64,000 bases of DNA. It comes from Macrostomum lignano (taxonomy: Eukaryota). The notes beneath the pieces were generated by a model. That model saw nothing but the letters and a program-made list of their open reading frames with translations. It made no database searches and was not told the DNA's origin. Position 1 is the stretch's first letter. Each line of letters opens with the position of its first letter. The DNA lies in the NCBI GenBank assembly GCA_002269645.1, contig NIVC01000677.1, forward strand, positions 434,001-498,000, read 5' to 3'. Of this stretch, positions 1 to 10,881 are shown one piece after another. The translations under genes were made by a program, and so were the position numbers.

Positions 1-1559
1 ATTTTTTCTATTTGGATTTAATTTTGCAACTAAGTCTAGAATGTAAGCTTTAAGATAGACATAAAACAGAGTATATACTATAGACACATTAAGATGAAAA
101 TAGATTGATAATCACTAGGACTGGGGCCTAGTGGATAACTTTGATAACTTGATAGATTACTGTTTAGGCCTATTCTTTATTATAGGGCCTATGACTTTCT
201 GTACCTATATCCTCTGTGATAGGCCTAACTATTAGAAAATTAGAAAAAGAATAAATTTTTCATACATTTCTATGGCTTTTTCCTAAATACAAATGGTTTA
301 AAACCAAGATGGCCATATACCAAGATGGCTAGGCCTACAACAACATTGAATCTTTATTTTATCTATCTCTCTCTAGTAGCCTAGGGGGGGGCTATTAATT
401 AGCAACTTAATAAAACTTGCCATATTAATTATTATATTTAATCAATCATATTCATAAACATTAATACAATAATAATAGGTTTGAATTGAAACTAATTACC
501 TATAATATAAACACCTTAATAGGGGTGCCAATCATTTCGTCTGCTGACAGTTCGTCTGCTAAGCAGACGAAAAGTTTTCTCTTTCTAAAACTGTTCATCT
601 GCCAGGAAATAGGGGTGGGGCCGGGGTATGTGGAGTGGGGTGGGGAGCTGCCCAACTCACAACCTCTTCATTAACATTGTTAAACTGCTGTAAGGACAGT
701 TGGTCTCTTCAAAATGAATCTCTTCAAAATATGTCATCCGTGCATTAAGTGCCTACTGGGGACTTTGTCAATTTTTAAACGCATGCCCTAGACGCAACTA
801 TAATATAGAGCGAAATGCAAGTTTACTAGCTAGAACAGTCGTTTAGAGAGGGGGAGACACATTATGTGACAATTATAGATGATTTGAAAGCTTCTTAATA
901 AGTAAAAATTGTTTTGTTTCATATTAGGATCATTTATCTACAAAGTGTGTTGCATGATTAATTTTTGTTGGATTAAGTTTAGTTTGTTTTACTTGCGATA
1001 CTTTGCTATAGCAAACATACCTTGAATTATAAATTTAATAATCTCAGCAACGTTGAAAATCGTACTAGAGCAATTTATAATAGCAGATCAATTTTTGACT
1101 TTATAAAGTCAACTATAGTTCACTGCTACAATCATGTAACTAACTAGCCTTAAGACTATATGCAAAGGACCGCCTAAGGCTAAGCCAATACTATTTAGTC
1201 TGCAATGATGATTATAACATGTTACGGGGTACATTTACATATATGTACTACTACCCTGTCAGAAATCTCGGTGCACCAGCGGGTTGGCGATTGCGGAGCC
1301 TATAGCAACAGGTGACTGTTGTCTAGGCAACTGATTGCCATGCATACTACTCGTACTATTTCGAAGACAGATTTTTTACCCTACAGAGAAATTGCTCCCT
1401 GCTGAGTTTGGTGTTGTCATTTGTCAAGAAGCCGTTGCGGTATCTAGTTTTTGTGATTGCACATTCTGTTGTTTGAGTTGAATATCTGAATACAAAAGGT
1501 GGGCGGGGTTGCTGTCAATTCAAGCTTGAATGAACAAAGATTTATTTTGGTCAAATTTT

Positions 1560-2579
1560 TGTCACACCCCTTCTCTCCTTATGTGCATTGTGACTAATGG
1601 TGGTGGTAACTCACGGATCGTTACACTCCCTCTTATTTCTCTCCCTCTCACTCACTCACTCACTCACTCACTCACTCACTCACTCACTCAATCTCTCTCT
1701 CTCTCTCTCTCTCATGAGTGAGAAGATGAGCTAGAGAGAGAAGAGAAGGAGATCGAGAAGAAAGGGGAGAGAGGAGTGGAATGGAGATTAGAGGAGAGAG
1801 GTGAGGAGATGAAAGGAGAGAGAGGAGAGAGGAGAGGAAGATGGGAGAGGAGATTGGAGAGAGGTTGAGAGTGGAGAGAGGCTGAGAGTGAGCTGAGAGT
1901 GAAGATTGGAGAGAGCTTGAGAGTGGAGAAAGGCTGAGAGTGAGCTGAGAGTGGAGATTGGAGAGGTTGAGAGTGGAGATTGGAGAAAGGCTGAGAGTGA
2001 GCTGAGAGTGGAGATTGGAGAGAGGTTGAGAGTGGAGATTGGAGAGAGGTTGAGAGTGGAGAGAGGCTGAGAGCTTGAGCTGAGACAGAAGATTGGAGAT
2101 CGAGGCTGAGAGTGGCAAGTCAGCCTCGCTCACAGCCACAAAGGATCCCCTGCTGAGAAATCCTCCAGATTGAGCCCAGAGTTCCCGATCATGCCCCAAG
2201 CAGAGTCCCTGTACTCGGCTGCATGTGTCTCCCCTGTTAGCCTAAATCTCCTGGTAACCATCCCAGGCGGGGCTCTAGTAGCCTCGAGAGGTCTGGTAGA
2301 AAGATCCAGGTGCGCCAGGTCACATAGAGTGGTGGCAGCCACTCGGTCATACTATGACCGAGTGACCAACTATTGCACCTTGGCTACAGGTGGGGTCCAT
2401 GTGGGTCCTTGGCCCTCTGGTCACAAAGCGCTACCAAAGCTATCCATCATGTGGGCGGGACAGTCTGGTGCTGGAGGTCCGTCAGGTCATTGCCCGGTCA
2501 TAGGCAGCCTACGGTCATTGCCCCCTCTAGTCATGCGTTCGTCTCTCTACGGAGCGGACAGGCGACAAGGGCGGTTACA
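1560..2579 (-). mobile_element. LTR-like insertion with CT/GA-rich interior
   Basis: On the minus strand it begins TGTAAC (2579) and ends GTGACA (1560), giving short inverted TG...CA ends. It starts where the MULE coding similarity stops. No TSD found. Confidence 0.4.
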
Positions 2580-3360
2580 TCAGATACTAGAAGATCACCA
2601 CCGCGTTTACTAATACCGCGTTGTAGCTCAAAATGTTCTTGCTGCGACTCTAGCTGCACTTCAACGAGAGGCGTCGGATCCTGTAGTCCATCGGAATTTT
2701 GATCTGCGGCAGCACCGGCGTGGACAGCTGCAGGTGAATCTGCGGCAGCACCGGCGTGGACAGCTGCAGGTGGATCCGCGGCAGCACCGGCGTGGACAGC
2801 TGCAGGTGGATCTGCGGCAGCACCGGCGTGGACAGCTGCAGGTGGATCCGCGGCAGCACCGGCGTGGACAGCTGCAGGTGGATCTGCGGCAGCACCGGCG
2901 TGGACAGCTGCAGGTGGATCCGCGGCAGCACCGGCGTGGACAGCTGCAGGTGGATCCGCGGCAGCACCGGCGTGGACAGCTGCAGGTGGATCCGCGGCAG
3001 TACCGGCGTGGTCGCGAGTGCTGGTAGATTGGCGGCGGCTGTCGGCACCTACCAAGTTTGGTATCATGTATTTCATTTCGACAATTTTTTCACTGACATA
3101 CACGTACACATACATATGTCTTTTCTTAAAAAGGGATTGACAAACGATAATGTGATCAATTTTACTTTGCTTACCTTTTCCCATTTACAGCGGGAGCAAA
3201 TCCAATTAAATGAAGCGTCGTCTTCTAGAATTTGACGATACTCCTTTTGGCTTATGCCTGAATCACATATTCGGTGCTGCCATTGACTGCAATCATCACA
3301 TTGCAAAGCTTGCTGTCGAGTGCTCACACACTTTCTACAAACGACACAGATGTCTTGCAT
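2580..3360 (-). pseudogene. 5' part of transposon gene: PHD-finger exon (3360-3175) and second exon (from 3048) with 33-bp repeats ending in a FLYWCH-like start
   Basis: CVVC...CDDCSQWQHRIC...WICSRC is a C4HC3 PHD pattern. GTAAGC donor at 3174, TAG acceptor at 3051-3049. The downstream peptide FELQRGISKRGGDLLVSD resembles the start of FLYWCH domains found in invertebrate MULE transposases; similarity stops at 2580. Confidence 0.6.
2701..3010. repeat. 33-bp tandem repeat (~9 copies) inside MULE exon
   Basis: Unit GATC(C/T)GCGGCAGCACCGGCGTGGACAGCTGCAGGTG. Confidence 0.95.
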
Positions 3361-3859
3361 CCGAGAAAGTTTGAATGAGAATAACTATTCGCCAATATTT
3401 TTATCTTTATCAAATTTTTAGCAGTTTCCATTCCACTGTTTTTAGTTAAACTTTCTTATTTTAGGTGATTGTAAAATAGTTTGTTAAAATGATGAGACTG
3501 GGCTATACTTACAGCGCTTTGGGTGCGTTCGAGTGACTTAAACTCAAAAATAACACCCAAAAAGCACCCAAAATAACAATGTTAACGGACAGAGAAGTTG
3601 TCCAGACAGAGGCAGCTCCCCAGTCCCCCAGCTCCCCAGTCCCCACCCCACTCCTCATCCCCACCCCATTTCCCAGCAGATGAACAGTTTTAGAAGGAAA
3701 GGGCATTTCGTCTACTCAGCAGACGAACTGTTGGCAGACAAATGAACTGGAAACCCTTAATAGGCCTACTTTTCAGTTTTTGTGCCAATTTATTCTCTAT
3801 CGTTATATCTAACAAGTCTATCTTTATCAGTGTATCAAGAAGCTATTATTAGTGCCTAG

Positions 3860-4050
3860 CATAGGCAGTGGGAGTTTGTAGCACTGGGGTCACTTGCCCT
3901 CCCCCCCCCCTAGAAAATGAGTCTACATGGTAATTTTTAGTGTTTTTTTCTGATTTTAGGCCCTAATTAGTAGCTTATAAAGATACCTATGCCCCCACTT
4001 TCCCTGTGCCTAAGTGCCCCCCCCCCTAAAATATTAGGCTTCGCCATCCC
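3860..4050. mobile_element. possible MITE remnant
   Basis: Flanked by direct repeat TAGTGCCTAG (3850-3859, 4051-4060), with internal poly-C tracts preceded by CACTTGCCC/AAGTGCCCC. Terminal inverted repeats are only weakly matched. Confidence 0.3.
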
Positions 4051-4941
4051 TAGTGCCTAGTGCTATGGTAATGATATACAAAAAAGTTAGGATAAATATG
4101 CAAAAGCCAAAATGTATTTATTTTGTGCTAGGCTACTTGCTTTATTTAGTAGATAAATACTTATAGGTCAAGCTACAATAAAAACTAAAGCCAAAAAATG
4201 ATTATAATATAATATAATTCTATTATAGCATTTATCTCCCTAATTATTCTCCTTAATTAATCCTACTACATATAGGAAATGAGTGAAATATATAGACTTA
4301 GGCCTTTTATTATTTATTTAGACATTTAAAGCTATGGCCATCTTGGTGTATGGCCAATGGCCATCTTGGTCATGCGCCATACAAATAAGCCTAGACAAAA
4401 CAATTTTTCTAATAGGCCCTCAAGAAAAAATTAAGGCATAGGTCTTATATCTTATTGAACTAGTTAGAGTTGTCTCGGAGTTGTCTTAAGATGTGTCTCA
4501 AGGTGGCCTGGTAGGTTTTTGAATCCCACTGCTGCTACCAATGTTGTACCTGTGCTTCTTGTGCTGTCTAGCACATTGATTTGGGCTCCCCGTCTTCTCA
4601 ACTGGAAGCCTTCTATTAGCTCTTAGTAGCGTAGGTAGTGCTGCCACCAGTTCCTTCAGGTCTTGGCTTTTGATGAAGTGAGCTTCCCATTAGAAGGAAA
4701 TAACAAGGTCAACAAACACAGCACAACATGCAGATTTGCAGCTCAACATAAAAGACATCTTGTCAGCAGCACCTGCCAGGCTTGGTTGGTAGATGGGAAG
4801 GCCAAGTTAGCCTCTCATAAGTTTGAGGTGGGGCTTTAGTAGCATACATGCGGAACCCCCCTCCCGATTTACATTAGCTATACAACTTACTTTTTGACCA
4901 AAAATGCAACTAAACTGTGAAAGAAACCCTAACACAATTTT

Positions 4942-5005
4942 GGGTAAATAGCAGGAGTAACTATGACTGTCTTATAAAGGCTAAATGCCTCATCATCTAA
5001 TTAGT
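4942..5005 (+). pseudogene. 64-bp diverged 28S rRNA gene fragment spanning the R2 insertion / I-PpoI site
   Basis: GGGTAAATAGCAGGAGTAACTATGACTGTCTTATAAAGGCTAAATGCCTCATCATCTAATTAGT aligns without gaps, 53/64 by hand, to the conserved eukaryotic 28S sequence GGGTAAACGGCGGGAGTAACTATGACTCTCTTAAGGTAGCCAAATGCCTCGTCATCTAATTAGT (reference recalled from knowledge). Confidence 0.85.
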
Positions 5006-5013
5006 ACTATATC

Positions 5014-5794
5014 TGTATTCTTTAGGCTGGGCATTTTTGCGACTTATCCCTGGTCTACCACAATTTACGGCGGCCAGCAGTTGTACATGTATGTTTAGTA
5101 GGGTCTCATTTAGACCAGTACAAGCACATTCAGTGGACGCGAATGGCACTTAGTTCAGTCAATAATGCACACGGGATCTTAGAAGTTTAGAGGCAAGCTA
5201 AGACTCCTTGATGGAAACAAGGGGGAGAGAGGTCCCATTTATAGCCGGGATTCTCTGGCACACAAGACCTCGTGACTTGTTCTATTTTTAGAACTGATGT
5301 CACTTGAGGTCTGCAGGAAGAGTGCGCCAGGGAGTGACTCAGTGTCTATTTTTAGAACTGATATCACTTTCTGCCTTAGAGAAGGCAGGGTCTGTGGGCA
5401 AAGTGCAAGGGGCCACATGACTCAGTATCTATTTTTAGAAACATGAGTCATCTTTGCCTTAGGGAAGGCAAGGGCCCCGAGGCACATGATTCTCCATAAA
5501 TAGGACCAGCAAGTGCAGTAAACATGTTTACTGCACTTTGGGTTTACTGCACTTTGAGACTCCAAGAATGCAAGATCTATCATGTGACTTGCTCACAAGA
5601 TAGAGGAAAATGGGACGGGAATGAAATAGAGACAGCCCACAGCAGAGAAGCTGAGGGCTAAGAACAGAGATGCAAAAGGACAGAACAGGCCAAGTGCAGC
5701 AACAGACAGGCAAGGGGGTGGGAAGCTGATAAGCAGCAGACAGCAACCCTGGATGAGGGCAAGGGAGACTGCTAACAAAGGGGGATGCCTAACA
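5014..5794 (-). mobile_element. LTR-like segment with internal enhancer-like repeats and TATA
   Basis: TG...CA ends on the minus strand, three diverged ~70-bp internal repeats (5270-5450) upstream of TATAAAT (minus strand, ~5237-5243). No TSD found, so the boundaries are tentative. Confidence 0.35.
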
Positions 5795-6573
5795 CTAAAC
5801 TAGTGACTCAAAACATTAATTTGATGATTTGGTTGACAAACAAATTTAACTATTACAAATTTAGCAAAATTAAATAAAGTAAATTAATTTTTTAATAAAT
5901 GTCTAAATATAGTATAATAAATATTAGAGATTTAGTCTAGAAAGGTAGGGGCAAATTGAATATTTAACCTATTCCTATAATCCAATATACAAAAGAACAA
6001 ATGTTCCTTCTTATTTAACAAATCAAATATTAATATACTTATATTAATTATATAATATTATAATATAATTACAATAAAAGCCTATACTTAAATAGACTTT
6101 ATTGAATCTTCTTTCTTCTTGTTTGTGTGCAATCGATTTTAGCAAAAATTCTTAATACTAAAGATGAAAATCATATTGTAGGTATTTCAATACTCCTCCT
6201 AGACTGTTGAACCAAAATTTATCAAACTTGCACCATTTGATTGCAAATTTTTATGTGACTATGCATGACTATTTTGATTCTTTAGATTCACAAAGTTGGC
6301 CCTTTAAAGTTGAGAAAACCTGCTTTTTGCCTATGCTTTTAGTGTATTTTTGCTCATAGTCAGAGCCAACTATGACTCGGGCCATAGACTAAAAACATCT
6401 TTGTTTGATCCTTTGTCTCTTTATTTGTATTTGTATTTGTATATATTGAAATCCTTCATTTTGTTGATCCACATGACATGAAAATCTATTTGTCCGTTAA
6501 ATTAACTGGCTTTGTTATGCCGAAAAGGAAAAGAAACCTAAATCACAGAATAGTAGACTTGCGAAGCAACAAC

Positions 6574-7835
6574 TGGGGGATGCTTGCTGTGGGCTGCTTG
6601 CTGTCTGGGGGATGCTTGCTGTGGGCTGCTTGCTGTCTGGGGATGCTTGCTGTCTGGGGATGCTTGCTGTCTGGGGGATGCTTGCTGTCTGGGGGATGCT
6701 TGCTGTCTGGGGGATGCTTGCTGTCTGGGGATGCTTGCTGTCTGATGGATGCTTGCTTTCTTGGGGATGCTTGCTATCTGGGGGATGCTTGCTATCTGGG
6801 AGATGCTTGCTATCTGGTGGATGCTTTCTGTCTGGGGAATGCTTGCTATCGGATTCTTGGATGGATGCTTGCTATTTGGGGGATGCTTGCTGTCTGGTGG
6901 ATGCTTGCTGTCTGGGGGATGCTTGCTATCGGATTCTTGGATGGATGCTTGCTATTTGGGGGATGCTTGCTATCTGGGGGATGCTTGCTGTCTGGAGGAT
7001 GCTTGCTATCTGGGGGATGCTGTCTGGTGGATGCTTGCTGTCTGGAGGATGCTTGCTATCTGGGGGATGCTGTCTGGTGGATGCTTGCTGTCTGGAGGAT
7101 GCTTGCTATCTGGGGGATGCTGTCTGGAGGATGCTTGCTATCTGGGGGATGCTGTCTGGTGGATGCTTGCTGTCTGGAGGATGCTTGCTATCTGGGGGAT
7201 GCTGTCTGGTGGATGCTTGCTGTCTGGAGGATGCTTGCTATCTGGGGGATGCTGTCTGGAGGATGCTTGCTATCTGGGGGATGCTGTCTGGTGGATGCTT
7301 GCTGTCTGGAGGATGCTTGCTATCTGGGGGATGCTTGCTGTCTGGAGGATGCTTGCTATCTGGGGGATGCTGTCTGGTGGATGCTTGCTGTCTGGGGGAT
7401 GCTGTCTGGTGGATGCTTGCTATCTGGGGGATGCTGTCTGGTGGATGCTTGCTGTCTGGAGGATGCTTGCTATCTGGGGGATGCTGTCTGGAGGATGCTT
7501 GCTATCTGGGGGATGCTGTCTGGTGGATGCTTGCTGTCTGGAGGATGCTTGCTATCTGGGGGATGCTTGCTGTCTGGAGGATGCTTGCTATCTGGGGGAT
7601 GCTGTCTGGTGGATGCTTGCTGTCTGGAGGATGCTTGCTATCTGGGGGATGCTTGCTGTCTGGAGGATGCTTGCTATCTGGGGGATGCTTGCTGTCTGGA
7701 GGATGCTTGCTATCTGGGGGATGCTTGCTGTCTGGAGGATGCTTGCTATCTGGGGGATGCTGTCTGGTGGATGCTTGCTGTCTGGAGGATGCTTGCTATC
7801 TGGTGGATGCTTGCTGTCTGGGGGATGCTTTCTGT
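6574..7835. repeat. 18/14-bp G-rich minisatellite
   Basis: Units GGGGGATGCTTGCT(G/A)TCT and GGGGGATGCTGTCT intermixed; explains ORFs 6478-7909. Confidence 0.95.
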
Positions 7836-8274
7836 CCAAGGGGTTCAATGGGAAACGGGAGTTGTTTAAGTTCCCCCCCCCCCAAAGGGGGGCTACATGG
7901 CTAGTTTAAACTAATAGCAAAAGTTTTATAAGCAACCTATAAAAATTAAGCCGAAAAAGAAAGTTCCAGTCTTGGACTATTAAGTAAAATGGGTCCTATC
8001 ATAATAGACTGATAGTTTATACTAATATTATCCCAGTTTGTTTAAGTTTCTAAATATACGCTCGTATATTTAAATATATGCATCTATTTCTATTGAATTT
8101 GGTTTTAATTGTATTGTATCCAATTGTATCCATTTTTGGGATTTTGGCAGTCTAAACATAAGTTATAGTGAATGCAAGCCACAACCCCATATTCAATTCT
8201 GTGCGTAGCCATATATATTAACTTGGAGCCTTTTTCACAAAAAATTGCCTGGGTACTTTGCAAATCACACCAAT

Positions 8275-8490
8275 GAGAGCCAACCCCCAAGGTACAGAGT
8301 GTACACGTCTGACAATTAAAAAGTCAAAACCAATGTACACCCTGTATGAGCATACAGTATTGGCGTGCTTGTATGTGCTCAGGACTGAGTAGAATGGGCT
8401 GAATTGCCTCAGTGCTGGGTGAGAGACAATTTCGCCAAAGTTTTTGGCACCAGGATGCCCGCGGTCCTACTGCAGTTATTATTCTATTTA
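8275..8490 (+). mobile_element. SINE family A, headless copy
   Basis: GAGCCAACCCCCAAGG...GTGTACAC...AAAGTC...GTGCTCAGG...TTGCCTCAGTGCTGG matches the body of the full copies at 22021 and 35430. Confidence 0.65.
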
Positions 8491-8571
8491 ATATATTTGT
8501 GATTATTAAATTCTTGTTAAAAACACTGTTTCAGTTCCGCATTTGATCTCTTCAAATCACTGGCCCAAGTC

Positions 8572-9168
8572 ATGTCTCTGGCCGCCGCGCTGCGCTCCCT
8601 CTCTCTGCGTCAAGCTGCCCCCATTGCCAGCCTGTGCCCTCGCCTGCAGATCCAGCACCGGCAGCAGAGGCGCCACCTGTCCTCGCCGGCGCCCCAGCAG
8701 CTGCAGCCAGCTGGCATCGATGGCGGACCAGCCGCCACTCAGTCCTCGCCAGCTGTTCGCGACTTGGCCCAGCGAATCTGCCAGCTGAGCCTCCTGGAGG
8801 TTGCCGAGCTCAGCCGCCAGCTGCAGTCGGATCTGGGCGTCTCGGCCCAGCCGGCCCTGCCTGCCGAAGCCTTGAAGGCTCTCGTTGGCGGGGCTGCCGA
8901 GGCTGCATCAGCCGACGCGGCCGCCGATGCCGGCGCCGGAGCCGCGGTGAAGACTGCATTCAATTTGAAACTGGTGAAATTCGACGCCGCCAAGAAGGTG
9001 GCCCTCATCAAGGAGTTGAAGTCGCGCAATCCGTCGCTGAATTTGGTGCAGACTAAAAAACTGGTGGAATCGGCGCCCGCTGTGGTAGTGAACGACCTCA
9101 CTAAGGACGAGGCCGAGGCGATGAAGTCCGCCCTGGAACAAATCGGAGCCACCATAGAGATTGAGTGA
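8572..9168 (+). CDS. MRPL12: mitochondrial ribosomal protein L12 (bL12m), intronless, 198 aa
   Basis: Arg/Ser/Leu-rich transit peptide, dimerisation helix ICQLSLLEVAELSRQL, Ala-rich hinge, C-terminal domain KTAFNLKL...KVALIKELK...LNLVQTKKLVESAP...KDEAEAMKSALEQIGATIEIE. AATAAA at about 9430. Confidence 0.95.
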   Translation: MSLAAALRSLSLRQAAPIASLCPRLQIQHRQQRRHLSSPAPQQLQPAGIDGGPAATQSSPAVRDLAQRICQLSLLEVAELSRQLQSDLGVSAQPALPAEALKALVGGAAEAASADAAADAGAGAAVKTAFNLKLVKFDAAKKVALIKELKSRNPSLNLVQTKKLVESAPAVVVNDLTKDEAEAMKSALEQIGATIEIE

Positions 9169-9844
9169 CACTTCGGACTGGTTTCACTGTCTGCGATGCT
9201 TGTTTAAATCTGCTTTCAGTTGACACCCAGCCAGCAGCCTTGTTGTAGCTAAGGGAGGTTTCTGGCTTGTTGCTAATTGAAGGTTAAATAATTATAGTTA
9301 ATTTAGTCAAAATAGGTGAACTCAAGCTTGTAAGACCCAAATTTGTACGTAGTTGTTTCGATCCTTTGTTGCGTATTTTCAATTCTGCAGCTTCATCAGT
9401 TCGCGCATATTTGCTCTTCTTTGATAGTTAAATAAAATCAAATATTTGGCAACAATGTGCACTGCCAGATGCGTTTATTTCCCGATGATGAAGCGAAGAA
9501 TTTTATTCAGTGTGTTGTGTAATGACCGGACTCGTTATTTTGCGCTACAACCTGCACTGGCGAATTAGTCGGTTTGAACTACTTATAGTAGCTTATGAAC
9601 TACGAATAAGGAACTTCGAAGGATGCGGTTTTCATGACTTGATTGTTGATTCGTGCTCGTAAGGGCCCGAATCCAATGCAGGGGTGTGTGCACTTGTCTG
9701 TCCAAAGTTTTGTGTCGAACTGACTGCTCTTTGTCAGAAAGTCTGGGACTAGGCCCTATACAGCCCAAACGTCTGGTCTTCGATACTATAGTGCTTACAT
9801 TCCGAATTCATGTACTTTTATAGTCTTGTCACATTCTATCGCCT

Positions 9845-10080
9845 TAACCATAGCAGCTCAACGGTAAACGCGTCACGACCCCGGGTTCGATTCCGTGCGC
9901 GGTGGCCACAGTCATTTGGGGCTTGTGCTCGACACTTGACTTGAGATTCAAATCCCAACCCCCCCCCAAGGCCAAGGAACAGAGATCAGTGCAGAGTTGC
10001 CTCGTGGTTGTGTGAACATGTCGCCAATAAAGGCGTTGCGGTCAGGGCGCCCACAGTCGTGCAGTTATTTAGTCTCCTAA
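9845..10080 (+). mobile_element. tRNA-headed SINE related to family A
   Basis: A-box-like TAGCAGCTCAACGG and B-box GGGTTCGATTCC, followed by TTTGGGGC...CCAACCCCCCCCAAGG shared with the 22021 copy. Confidence 0.55.
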
Positions 10081-10881
10081 ACGTATTATTGTCACCTGAG
10101 CGACATCCAATACAATACGACTTATACCAGGTGTTTTGGGATTTCAATAATATCCCATGCAATCGCTACTGCCTAACCTAGCAGTGTGTGTGTGTGTGTA
10201 TGTGTGTGTAGTTTCGCGTGAAAATGAGACTTTTTAGCGGGCGAGTTATGATGGACGTGCGGGCGGCAGCTGCTGGATGGACAGACCATCACAGACCGAC
10301 TAATCGGGTAGGGGAGATGCGAGCCATCTGTGTGGAAGCTATTTTTAGTTTTTTACCTTCCAACTGCGTCTGGGTAGGTAATCCTCTCTTAATCCCCCAA
10401 TTTCTTCCCGTTCTTTCCTCTCTCGCTCTCTCCTGTTCCTCCAGCTCGCGTGAGCCCTGGGGCCACATAAGCGGCAAAAAACTCCGTGCGGGATCTGCAT
10501 CATAGGCAGAGGTTGATGTTATATTTAGTAAATTTTCGTATGCCTTCAATTGCCATTGCTGGTCAGCGATAATTCCGGGTGTGTAAGGGTCGTCGGGGAC
10601 GGGGCTTTTGGGGTGAAGAGGAAGGGGAGAGAAGGCGCGGAGAGACCGGTGGGTTAAGCAATCGATTTGGGCAGTCAGAGGGGGTGGTTAGGAGATTCCC
10701 GCCAAAGCACCGTTAAGGTAAGTAAAGAGGCGAGACGAATTGGTCTGGTCTCGCTCTTCATCGTGTAATCATCCCATGCTGCCCAGACTCCTCATCTGAA
10801 CTGTTAGTTGCCTGGCTATAATCCGGCCTTATACTGTAGTAGCTAAAGCTATTGTACGAATACTCGATCATACTTTGTACG

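Larger units (their letters stand above)
524..3755 (-). mobile_element. Mutator/MULE-type DNA transposon, internally deleted/disrupted
   Basis: Diverged terminal inverted repeats 524-681 and 3575-3755 (GGTGCCAATCATTTCGTCTGCTGACAGTTCGTCTGCT vs reverse complement GGTTTCCAGTTCATTTGTCTGCCAACAGTTCGTCTGCT). Exact 9-bp flanking direct repeat CTTAATAGG at 515-523 and 3756-3764. Long TIRs plus a 9-bp TSD are typical of MULEs. Confidence 0.75.

Noticed and set aside
1250-1559. Possible MULE transposase C-terminal remnant on the minus strand
   Set aside because: Only vague similarity, with several stops; cannot be supported without an alignment.
6478-7909. Long ORFs (463, 430, 386 aa) over the 18/14-bp array, and similar ORFs over all other arrays
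   Set aside because: All three frames are open only because the unit lacks stop codons; peptides are pure repeat translations.
8572-9168. Bacterial rplL / horizontal transfer
   Set aside because: The N-terminal mitochondrial-type presequence, eukaryotic neighbours and poly(A) signal indicate nuclear MRPL12.
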